Below are positions 1-8,474 of a stretch of DNA of 19,264 nucleotides, piece after piece. Each line of letters opens with the position of its first letter. The stretch's first letter is position 1. A program made the position numbers and the translations under genes. Location of the stretch: positions 64,001 through 83,264 of IMG/VR virus record IMGVR_UViG_3300023184_000076, one strand, 5' to 3'. The stretch is from a virus. Its lineage: Duplodnaviria > Heunggongvirae > Uroviricota > Caudoviricetes. A model generated the notes under the pieces. That model was not told the DNA's origin, did no database searches, and saw only the letters and a list, made by a program, of their open reading frames with translations.

Positions 1-576
1 CCATAATAATGGATCCGTATTTTTGATGAGGTATTGACCACCACCTGAATTTTCTTGATTTTGTTTTATAAGATCAACATCAATACCAACAATGTCGGCC
101 ATTTCTTGAAGTAGTTGTTCTTTATTTGATGTTGGGTGTTGTTTCTCATACCTATCACAACAATCTTTAATATAATTGTACCCAATATACCCTATAGTGT
201 CCGATAAATAAGATACGTTATCATTAAGTAACTTATTAAAATCAGGTAACCTATTAAAGATAATGTCAGAATCGTGTAGGAAAAATAACTTACCATTTTC
301 AGGGTATTCTTTTAACCATTCGTATATTAAATACGGTTTTATACTTGGTATGTATGATTTGTTTTCACGATCATCATCATAAAAATGAACATTGAACCCA
401 TAATTACATAATTCTAACGCACCTTGTGATGGTTGTTGTTTTTTCTGTAATCCAAAAATGACATGAATCTGACAAGGTTTAATTCCTTTCTCAATAAAAT
501 TATGTGTATATAATTTTACTTGCCAATGAAAATAGGGTACGTCAGGTTGTGCAGTTACAAATAGAATATCTTCCAT
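1..576 (-). CDS. Putative GT-A fold glycosyltransferase resembling GT96/GT95 peptide O-glycosyltransferases (3' end truncated by window start)
   Basis: Manual translation from ATG at 576 is open to position 1 (192 codons): MEDILFVTAQPDVPYFHWQVKLYTHNF...YIPSIKPYLIYEWL...LFFLHDSDIIF...SGGGQYLIKNTDPLLW. DxD motif (DSD, 265..273) follows a hydrophobic strand. YFHWQ and YIPSIKPYLIYEWL recall the YFDWQ / YPAINKP..V..WL motifs of plant serine galactosyltransferase as remembered, not searched. Not in the ORF track, presumably because no stop lies in the window. Confidence 0.75.
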   Translation of the reverse strand, partial: MEDILFVTAQPDVPYFHWQVKLYTHNFIEKGIKPCQIHVIFGLQKKQQPSQGALELCNYGFNVHFYDDDRENKSYIPSIKPYLIYEWLKEYPENGKLFFLHDSDIIFNRLPDFNKLLNDNVSYLSDTIGYIGYNYIKDCCDRYEKQHPTSNKEQLLQEMADIVGIDVDLIKQNQENSGGGQYLIKNTDPLLW

Positions 577-629
577 ACATTAAAAGATATTAGATAATTG
601 TTAAAAGTGTATTTTACTTCAAAAAGGTT

Positions 630-3323
630 TTAAGGCGAACAAGAAGGAAAACCAGTGACCACCCCAGCGGTTACTTGAGCAATTGCGTTGTATGTTGGTG
701 ATCCTCCCAATTTAACTAAAAAATACCCTGACAAACTGGTTGATACGTCACATCCTGTGGTACTAGGGTGTAAAAAAGACCCGATTTGTGGTTCGATTTC
801 ATCGAGATATGGACCATAGGAAAGGTTGACATAACAAGTAGTTCCTGTAACACAATTTAATGCAACACAAGCAGTTGATAAGTTAAAAGTAAAACCTCCC
901 GTAGTGTCTGTGGAGGCCGCAAAATCAACCTGATATGGGTGAGAAATACTATTATTACAAGTTGCCGTTGGTGTCGGTGTGGGTGTTAAAGTTTGTGTTA
1001 CTGTTGGTGTGGGAGTTAAGGTTTGTGTTAAGGTTGGTGTGGGAGTTAAGGTTGGTGTGGTCGTTAAAGTTTGAGTTAAGGTTGGTGTGGGAGTTAAAGT
1101 TTGAGTTAAGGTTAAAGTAGGGGTTAAGGTTAAAGTAGGTGTCGGAGTAGGTGTAGTTATACATTGTTGACAAGAAATATTATACTCCAATTTTAAATTG
1201 ATCACAATATTAGCATCAGATAAATAATAAATTGTTTCAGGTTGACAACCTTCTATTTCCACACATTTATTGTAGATTTTAATCTCATTTGTTGCGTAAT
1301 TAATTTCGACTTTACTTATTCCATCATAACTTTCCAAAACTTCGGTAATTGCTTGACCCCACGCATAATCGGAAGGATAATCTGTTAATCCTGAAGAAAC
1401 GTAAAACGATTGTTGAGTATTTATACCATCAACAGTTATGTCCGCAATAAAATTCGCACTTTTTAAAATACATCCAGTATCATCATAAGTAAGATCCTTA
1501 AATCCTTCAGATAACATTTGTTGCATACCTCGTTTACCAAGTATTCCCGTATTTTGGAAATTATCGTTACAGATATTATATGTTTGATAACTTAAATTTT
1601 TATTAGTTCCAGATAAAGTGACTGTTTTTGTATATGTACATCCACTTGAATCTATAATTTCCAAACTATAGGTCCCTCCACTTAATGAAGTAACAGTTGA
1701 TCCTGTTTGCCCATTAACGTTTGGGCTCCAATTATATGTAAATGTTGGTGTACCTCCATAAATTAATGTAGATATTGCTCCATTGTTACCACTTGTTGGT
1801 TGAGTCACAACCAAATCAAATAATACCCCATTAGAATTATTTACATAAAGATTTAAAGTTTGTGAACAACCTGTACTATCAGTTACTGTCCCAACATAAT
1901 TACCGGGAGCTAAATTACTAAATGTTGTTACAGGTGAAGGTGGATAACCTGTTATCTGATAACTATATGGTAAAGTACCACCTGAACTTGCTAATAATTG
2001 TATTGATCCGTTATTTAAACCACAAGTAGTATTTTGTGTTATTGCCGAAATTGTAAATTTTTCGGTATTATTAATTGTAACTGTTGTCTCATAAGTACAC
2101 ACACCATCAGTTATTACTAAATCATAATTACCTGAAGATAATGTATTAAATTGTTGTACTATATTAGTAGTAGGACCAAAATTTGTTGTATTATTTAACG
2201 AATCAGTTAAACTATATGTATAATATCCTGACCCAATTAAAGTGATGGTTACTGACCCTGAGTTATCATTACAAATTGAATTTGTTGTATTAACACTTAA
2301 TACTTGAAAGCTATTTGATGTGTTAATTGATGTTGTTCCTGATACTTTACATATTCCAGCATCTATTATATTAAAATTATATGATCCTGAGAATAACCCC
2401 GTAAATGTATATTCATCATTAAAAATAATTGCACTATCACCGTTTGAACACCCTATATAATATGGTGCGGTTCCTCCTGTTACAATTATAGTTATTTCAC
2501 CATTGTTTACAAAACAATCAGGTGGGTATGTCATAAATCCACCAATACCTAATGGTTCCACACCTGTGATAGTTATTGTCTTACTTGCAACACAACCATC
2601 TTCGTTAATTACTTGTACGTTATACAATCCTGCAGTTAAACCTGTTACCGTTGTTCCCGTTTGTCCATTAACACTTGTTAACCAATTAACGGTATATAGA
2701 CTTGGATCAGATAAACCTGTTAAAAATATTTTACCACTCCCGTCACTACTTATACAACTTCCATCATTTACTACGTAATAACCATAATCAAAAGGGATTG
2801 AGTCTCTAACTATACAAGATTCACTCACACCTATACAACCACCCCCATCATCACCAACAACATAATAAGTTCCCGCAGGAACAGGTGGAAAAACATATTC
2901 ATTACTTACTGATGTTCCACTTGAGATATAATTATCATCAATGTCAAATAATGTGAAGGTCGCAACACTACCATAAATAGATTGTGTTGTTGCGGTTATA
3001 CCACCATTATCAAATCCACAAGTAGTATCTGTAGTGTTTATAGACACACAAGTACCTGAAGATATGTAGAAATTTACAACAACATAATTAGTATATGTTG
3101 AATCGTATACTCGTAAAAAATAACTGCCCGCACTTAAACCTGAATAATAATAAACGTAATCAACCACCGTTAATGCAGAAGTTGGTAAATTAAGGTCAGC
3201 GGTAGGTGTTTCAATCACCAACCAATCTGGACTATCCCCCGTTACAGAAAAAGTTACTTCACCTAACCCTTCATTTGAACAATCTCCCGTTACGGAAAAC
3301 CCATATACACTTATTGATCCCAT
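630..3323 (-). CDS. SprB-repeat putative tail fibre/appendage protein (897 aa) with Thr/Pro stalk and small Cys-containing C-terminal domain
   Basis: About seven repeats of the pattern C..NG.I....GG..PY.Y......F..L..G.Y...V.D..GC (e.g. TTCGLNNGSIQLLASSGGTLPYSYQ...LAPGNYVGTVTDSTGC) at ~1615..3305, the first degenerate; then a ~120-aa domain, an (X-T)33 stalk and a ~105-aa tip. No signal peptide or T9SS C-terminal signal evident. Located at the end of a baseplate gene cluster. Confidence 0.8.
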   Translation of the reverse strand: MGSISVYGFSVTGDCSNEGLGEVTFSVTGDSPDWLVIETPTADLNLPTSALTVVDYVYYYSGLSAGSYFLRVYDSTYTNYVVVNFYISSGTCVSINTTDTTCGFDNGGITATTQSIYGSVATFTLFDIDDNYISSGTSVSNEYVFPPVPAGTYYVVGDDGGGCIGVSESCIVRDSIPFDYGYYVVNDGSCISSDGSGKIFLTGLSDPSLYTVNWLTSVNGQTGTTVTGLTAGLYNVQVINEDGCVASKTITITGVEPLGIGGFMTYPPDCFVNNGEITIIVTGGTAPYYIGCSNGDSAIIFNDEYTFTGLFSGSYNFNIIDAGICKVSGTTSINTSNSFQVLSVNTTNSICNDNSGSVTITLIGSGYYTYSLTDSLNNTTNFGPTTNIVQQFNTLSSGNYDLVITDGVCTYETTVTINNTEKFTISAITQNTTCGLNNGSIQLLASSGGTLPYSYQITGYPPSPVTTFSNLAPGNYVGTVTDSTGCSQTLNLYVNNSNGVLFDLVVTQPTSGNNGAISTLIYGGTPTFTYNWSPNVNGQTGSTVTSLSGGTYSLEIIDSSGCTYTKTVTLSGTNKNLSYQTYNICNDNFQNTGILGKRGMQQMLSEGFKDLTYDDTGCILKSANFIADITVDGINTQQSFYVSSGLTDYPSDYAWGQAITEVLESYDGISKVEINYATNEIKIYNKCVEIEGCQPETIYYLSDANIVINLKLEYNISCQQCITTPTPTPTLTLTPTLTLTQTLTPTPTLTQTLTTTPTLTPTPTLTQTLTPTPTVTQTLTPTPTPTATCNNSISHPYQVDFAASTDTTGGFTFNLSTACVALNCVTGTTCYVNLSYGPYLDEIEPQIGSFLHPSTTGCDVSTSLSGYFLVKLGGSPTYNAIAQVTAGVVTGFPSCSP
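960..1157 (-). repeat. Coding tandem repeat: (X-Thr)33 Pro/Thr-rich linker
   Basis: 66 codons, TTPTPTPTLTLTPTLTLTQTLTPTPTLTQTLTTTPTLTPTPTLTQTLTPTPTVTQTLTPTPTPTAT. The DNA unit gttggtgtgggagttaa occurs at 1003, 1033 and 1081. Confidence 0.95.
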
Positions 3324-6300
3324 TATTGATTACAAATTATATCAAAATTTATCCCCACATTTAATTCAAAATTGTTTTGATCATCAAGTGACACACAATC
3401 ACTATTATATACTGTAACAATATTTGTTGTTTCGTTAATATTAAATGTTAAACCTTCACCAATCATTTGTGGTAATGAATCATAAAGAGCGTTTAACCAA
3501 TTAACTTGAGTCGGGAAACTTGTTCCACTAACAGAGTAACCATATCCATCAAAGAATTTGTACTCAACTAACTGATTTCCATTTAATCTTACATCTACAT
3601 ACCATTCAGATGTTAATGTATTTACCAAACAATCATTATTTAAATCATAACCATTGTTATTTAAATATGTAGTCAAAACCTGACCTAAAACCGCCCCGAA
3701 TGAATTCACCTGTGGATTAGACCCCCAGGGGTAAATAGGACATTCAACAGATTGTATTGGACAATCAAAAGGTAATAACTGACCAATAGCATAACAAGGA
3801 TCACATGGGACAGGAACAAGTTGACAACCCATTTGTCTTCTCCATACAAATTTTTGTCTATGGAAAATTGAGTTTTCTAATTTAGTTCCCGTATTCCATA
3901 TTGTAGTTGCAGGAACCATTTGTTCAATTAGTTTTATCCAATATGTACCTAATCCATTAACATAATCAATCATTGTTTGATATGTAAAATTATCGTTAGG
4001 AACATTAATTGCCTGACCTGATTCTAAATACTTCCAATAGATAGACTGAAGAGTCGGATAACCTCCCGTTTTTCCATCTGTAATAAATTGTCTATTTCTA
4101 ACATTAATCGTATTATGCCAAAAAGTTTGAGCAAACTCAAAAAATGTTTTTTCTTTAGGTTTAGGAACAATCTCAGTCCAATCTATCCCACCTCTTTGTG
4201 GGTAAGGAGTATTCGGATTAGGATTACAACGTGTTGGTTCAACATAATTTAATCCTTGATTAGGGATTGGGTAGTTATATTGTCGAGACATAGTCCATAC
4301 GTCATAAACCAAACCTTGAGCAGGATTCATGAATATGTCAACATTCTTAACATTTATAACTAATTTATCAGTATTCACAGGATAATACGCATTAAAGTTA
4401 CCATCAAAATTAGTTCTTAAACCATTTTGGGTGTCAGTCCAACTTTTCTTATTATCAACTACTCTACGTAATTTATACCCTAAATTCATATATGGGAAAG
4501 TTCTGTATCTTTGTAGGTATTCTTCACCATAGTTAAATGGTAATAATGTAGTTTGGTAATTAGGGTTAGCACCTGTAAATACACTATTTGTAGTATCTAT
4601 TTGTTCAGGCATTCTATGTTGTGGTGTGGATTCAAACCAACCTCCACCAATTTGGAAGTAGTAAGAGTCACTTATTGCCGGCATCGTAGGATAACCAAAA
4701 TCATCAATAGGATAATCCTCAGGATATACAATGGCATTAGATATAACACTAGTTGTTGTAAATCCTGTAAATTGTTGTCCTTGTATTGAATAGATGTCCG
4801 TAGTATCTAAAATAGGTAATTGTTGAGTATACGTACCTCCAGATAAATTAGCGTATTGACCATTAAATTCTTCAATATTTATTTTTTGATCCGCAATATA
4901 TATGTACTCATTAAATTCTATTAATGCTTCAGGAGCCCCAATTAATCTTAATAATATTTCAATAGATTTTCTTGTCCCTTTAGATTTAAAAAGATATGCT
5001 GAATTTAATACTAAATTTCTATAATATTGGTAGTTAAGTTCTTCAGGTGTCATACCAACCGACAAACCACTAAACTCATTAGTTCCAGTGGTAAACACAG
5101 AATCCAATAATTGGTCATTTGTGATCGGTGAAATATTTGTATCCCAACCTAATGTTTGTGCTAAATTTTTTAATAATTGTGATGGTATATCGTTTTTAAT
5201 GTTGTAATTAACATTATTCATGTTAGATAAAGCCGAAATAAATTTTTTGGTTTCATCAAAACTTCTACCATATATTTGTAAAACCTTTTCAATTTTTTGA
5301 TCAGGAGTATCAAATTCTTTTATTGCTCCTGTTGTTAAAAAACGAGAAATTAAATTGGTACGGTATAAATCTAAATTAAAAGCAAAATCATTTAAAGTCT
5401 CAAGGTAATTATCAAATGCCGCAGATGTAATATCTAAATTCCATTGCCCATTTTTAGGAAATGTTATTGCCTGAGTTGTTAAATAAATTGTACCATCTTC
5501 ATTTTCTCTAGGTACAGTAAACGTTGATGTATATATTGGTGTAATCGCTCTATTTAATAGGAATTGTTCAACCTCATCCATAGATTCGTTGAATGTCTTA
5601 TTAACATAGGTATCATTAGGTCTTATAACTAATGTATCATAGGATATGTTATTCCCTAAAAATGGATTACCTCTTACAACAAAACTTAAGGTTGTTGATG
5701 TGTTATTTGATGGACTATAAAAAATTATAGGATATTCATTACCATTTGAAAATAACGAATATTTTGTGTAATTTGCAGTAAAGTTTCTTAAACGAGAAAC
5801 TTCAATTTCAAGTAATTCAAAATTTCTATTTGCGTTTGAACTATAATCTATGTCAAATGGATTTCTTAATGAATTTATATAAACATCAAATGTGGTCTCA
5901 TTTTCAACGGAATCGTATTGAATGTTAAATGCGGTTTCTGCGGTACTATAATTAGGTAACGTCGCACTAATTTCTAAACCCGCAGGGAAAAAATTAATTA
6001 TATGTGAAATTGACGTAGAAATTCTCTTAACTAATGACCCATATAAAGTAAAGTTAGTTACTTGGGATAAATCAAAATTAGGGTAAACTTTAAAATTGTT
6101 AGCCTGTATTACTCTTGATTCAGTAACACTTTCAATATTTAACGTATCTAAAGATATTGGTTCTGAAAACGCACCTATACTAAAATTTCTATCTTGTTTT
6201 TCGGTAATTGACGTAGTAAATTCAAAATTTGCTTGAGTAAAACCTCCCCCATCAACAAGTTGTAAACCAACTAAGTTGTCAGAAAATGTTCCTTGACCGC

Positions 6301-6340
6301 TTGGAGACTGAGGTGGACACGTATATTTTTTTACTGCCAT
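3323..6340 (-). CDS. Baseplate wedge subunit, T4 gp7 / P2 gpI-like (1005 aa)
   Basis: Central motif LLKNLAQTLGWD...YYRNLVLNSAYLFKSKGTRKSIEILLRLIG (~4936..5190) matches the L..LA..LGW...R......A..L.K.KGT..AI...L pattern of gpI/gp7-type wedge proteins; lies in a cluster with gp6- and gp25-like genes. Confidence 0.7.
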   Translation of the reverse strand: MAVKKYTCPPQSPSGQGTFSDNLVGLQLVDGGGFTQANFEFTTSITEKQDRNFSIGAFSEPISLDTLNIESVTESRVIQANNFKVYPNFDLSQVTNFTLYGSLVKRISTSISHIINFFPAGLEISATLPNYSTAETAFNIQYDSVENETTFDVYINSLRNPFDIDYSSNANRNFELLEIEVSRLRNFTANYTKYSLFSNGNEYPIIFYSPSNNTSTTLSFVVRGNPFLGNNISYDTLVIRPNDTYVNKTFNESMDEVEQFLLNRAITPIYTSTFTVPRENEDGTIYLTTQAITFPKNGQWNLDITSAAFDNYLETLNDFAFNLDLYRTNLISRFLTTGAIKEFDTPDQKIEKVLQIYGRSFDETKKFISALSNMNNVNYNIKNDIPSQLLKNLAQTLGWDTNISPITNDQLLDSVFTTGTNEFSGLSVGMTPEELNYQYYRNLVLNSAYLFKSKGTRKSIEILLRLIGAPEALIEFNEYIYIADQKINIEEFNGQYANLSGGTYTQQLPILDTTDIYSIQGQQFTGFTTTSVISNAIVYPEDYPIDDFGYPTMPAISDSYYFQIGGGWFESTPQHRMPEQIDTTNSVFTGANPNYQTTLLPFNYGEEYLQRYRTFPYMNLGYKLRRVVDNKKSWTDTQNGLRTNFDGNFNAYYPVNTDKLVINVKNVDIFMNPAQGLVYDVWTMSRQYNYPIPNQGLNYVEPTRCNPNPNTPYPQRGGIDWTEIVPKPKEKTFFEFAQTFWHNTINVRNRQFITDGKTGGYPTLQSIYWKYLESGQAINVPNDNFTYQTMIDYVNGLGTYWIKLIEQMVPATTIWNTGTKLENSIFHRQKFVWRRQMGCQLVPVPCDPCYAIGQLLPFDCPIQSVECPIYPWGSNPQVNSFGAVLGQVLTTYLNNNGYDLNNDCLVNTLTSEWYVDVRLNGNQLVEYKFFDGYGYSVSGTSFPTQVNWLNALYDSLPQMIGEGLTFNINETTNIVTVYNSDCVSLDDQNNFELNVGINFDIICNQ

Positions 6341-6342
6341 TT

Positions 6343-7248
6343 TTAAACTATGTTGTTAAAACTTTTACTAAAATCAATGTTATTATTTCTATCTTGTCTA
6401 ACCTCATATAACAATTCATTAAACTGATCACGAACCTCAAATAAATTGTATTGTTTGTAAATGTTATTTGTACTATCGTAGATTGTATAGATACCGTCAT
6501 CAATAGATTTGGTTTGATTACCATAAAGTGCAATCGCCAATGTTGATATGTCGTGTTCCACAATTTCTATTTCCGTAGTTATTGGATTAAAAAATGTATT
6601 TGTTATAATGATATTCTGATCAGGTTGACCAATGAATGGTGTGGCACTTGGTTTATTAGTTGGTGAAGAAGATGGTGAAAGTGTACAAAAAAGTAAGTTT
6701 GATGTACTTTCAACATATCTATATCTAATTGCCTTTTGAGATGTGTTTGTCAAATTTTGAACAACTGGTTCACAATAAAATGATGAGGTTACAATTCTAA
6801 AAAAATTAGGAATTTTGGTTCCATCTGAATTTAAGTATTCAACCCTAAATCCAATTAAACCTTGATTAACAAATTTATTTCTATACTGAGATGGTACATT
6901 ATTTAAATCAATAACAATACCTTTAACATTAGGTAATGAAGATAAAACCCCACAATCAGTTATCTTAGTTCTTATCTCAGCAGGTCTTATATAAAGGGTA
7001 TAGATACCTAATTTGTTGAATTGGTCGGCAGGTAACTTTAGATTGTATAACCCCCCTAATATTTCAACACCATTATTACCGCCAGTGGCGGAATTATGGA
7101 AATATGGTCGTAAAATAGATTTTGCATCTAACTTAGTTAAAACAAAGTTATCTGTTTCATCCCTTGATGGCGTATAATTCAAGATGATCTCTACATCATC
7201 AGGACTAACGTCCGCACTTCTTATTGTTCCGTAATTACCTGTAGCCAC
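6343..7248 (-). CDS. Uncharacterised phage protein, probably structural (301 aa; GTG start)
   Basis: Long ORF ending 2 nt before the next ATG; beta-strand-like composition; context between baseplate genes. No family recognised. Confidence 0.6.
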   Translation of the reverse strand: MATGNYGTIRSADVSPDDVEIILNYTPSRDETDNFVLTKLDAKSILRPYFHNSATGGNNGVEILGGLYNLKLPADQFNKLGIYTLYIRPAEIRTKITDCGVLSSLPNVKGIVIDLNNVPSQYRNKFVNQGLIGFRVEYLNSDGTKIPNFFRIVTSSFYCEPVVQNLTNTSQKAIRYRYVESTSNLLFCTLSPSSSPTNKPSATPFIGQPDQNIIITNTFFNPITTEIEIVEHDISTLAIALYGNQTKSIDDGIYTIYDSTNNIYKQYNLFEVRDQFNELLYEVRQDRNNNIDFSKSFNNIV

Positions 7249-7281
7249 AAGAATTTAATTTATATTTAGTTTATTTTTCCT

Positions 7282-7294
7282 TATCTAATAAATA
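7282..7294 (-). promoter_or_regulatory. Candidate phage late promoter TATTTATTAGATA
   Basis: Lies in the 47-nt gap upstream of the 301-aa gene; identical 13-mer at 18854..18866. Promoter function is inferred from position only. Confidence 0.5.
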
Positions 7295-7295
7295 C

Positions 7296-8474
7296 TTAAC
7301 TAAGGTCTTTTTTAACATTAAAAAATCCATATCCGTATTTTTCTAAGTCCCCAACATTATCAACTTCACCAATCCTTTCAATGTATTCTAATGCGGAATT
7401 TTTACCTCTTTCAATGAATACATTACTTTGGACCTCAGGTTGATCAATAACATTTATTAACGCTTCATTTTTAGTTAGACCTGTCATTATTAAATCATCT
7501 TGTGTAAAACCAGATGAATACACCATAAAAACGGTAAAATCTTCATAATCAAAATAATCAATTTGATTTATCGTGTAAGCAGTGTATAACCCATTTGGGT
7601 CAGGCCCCCATACCGTACCAACACTACCTGTAGTTCCTGTAACTTGTACACCAATTTTAAATTTACCACCATAAAGATTACTTTTAGGACCATATTGTGC
7701 TAAATCATTTATTGTTGATTCAGTATATCCTGAAACTAAAAATGGTACAGTCGTATAATTGTAACTGAAGAAATCATTTATATCGGTATTTGAATCACCA
7801 CTAAAGATATAATCGTAATTAAATGATGTCCCCGTCCAATTACCTCCAGCCGGTGTAAATGTTGCGGTACCATTAGGGTTTGTAATTGTTACATCGTTAA
7901 ATGGGGTTGTAATTGTTTTTGTTATCTTTGATATTCCCCATGGCGATGTTGCAGTCATAGTGATTTGATATTCGCTATTAGATGTTGGGTAATTATGTGA
8001 TAATGGAGATGTCCCCGTAATTGTTACATTTGGTGATCCGTCGCCCCAATCTACAACATAAGTCACCAATGATAAAAATTTCATTAATTCAGTATCCGAC
8101 GTATTATAGAAATAATATGTGTAAGGACTACCCGTTGTTGCAGAAAATAAAAAATTATTAATTACATCTTTCTGTAATACCGCACCATCAAAAACAGAAT
8201 AATAACCCATATCAACCGCAGTTTGGGTAATCAATATTGGTATTGTTAATCCAGTTAAAAGTGAGTCACCGTTTGTCCCACCTGATAAGACATAAGACAT
8301 ACCTGTATAAACCCCAATATAATCCACACCTGTTACCGATGTTTCCCCTGTTAATATAGGACAACAAGGATCAGTTGTATCATACACATCAGTACCACCG
8401 GTATATTGAACCAATCTAAGGTCTCCAAAAATGTTTTCGGGGGATATTTTAAAGTAATATTTTTGTTCTTCCAT
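7296..8474 (-). CDS. Putative structural protein with PKD/Ig-like domain (392 aa)
   Basis: VTYVVDWGDGSPNVTITGTSPLSHNYPTSNSEYQITMTATSPWG contains the WxWGDGS...H.Y.....Y.ITLT PKD signature (DWGDGS near 8032..8052). Start overlaps upstream stop (TAATG). Confidence 0.65.
   Translation of the reverse strand: MEEQKYYFKISPENIFGDLRLVQYTGGTDVYDTTDPCCPILTGETSVTGVDYIGVYTGMSYVLSGGTNGDSLLTGLTIPILITQTAVDMGYYSVFDGAVLQKDVINNFLFSATTGSPYTYYFYNTSDTELMKFLSLVTYVVDWGDGSPNVTITGTSPLSHNYPTSNSEYQITMTATSPWGISKITKTITTPFNDVTITNPNGTATFTPAGGNWTGTSFNYDYIFSGDSNTDINDFFSYNYTTVPFLVSGYTESTINDLAQYGPKSNLYGGKFKIGVQVTGTTGSVGTVWGPDPNGLYTAYTINQIDYFDYEDFTVFMVYSSGFTQDDLIMTGLTKNEALINVIDQPEVQSNVFIERGKNSALEYIERIGEVDNVGDLEKYGYGFFNVKKDLS

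Noticed and set aside
577-629. Bacteroidota sigma70-type promoter upstream of the glycosyltransferase (TTTG...TATCTTTT)
   Set aside because: Spacing is about 30 nt versus the usual 19-21, and the -7 element is imperfect.
630-959. DGR variable region in the fibre tip
   Set aside because: No template repeat or reverse transcriptase in the window and no clear C-type-lectin-like variable motif.
960-1157. CRISPR array or ice-binding TxT array
   Set aside because: Repeats are in-frame with no unique spacers. Frequent Pro argues against the flat beta-sheet that TxT ice-binding surfaces need.
935-1173. ORFs 935..1120 (+) and 955..1173 (-) over the Thr repeat; possible frameshift product
   Set aside because: Both are open as a by-product of the low-complexity repeat; no slippery site or protein-like features seen.
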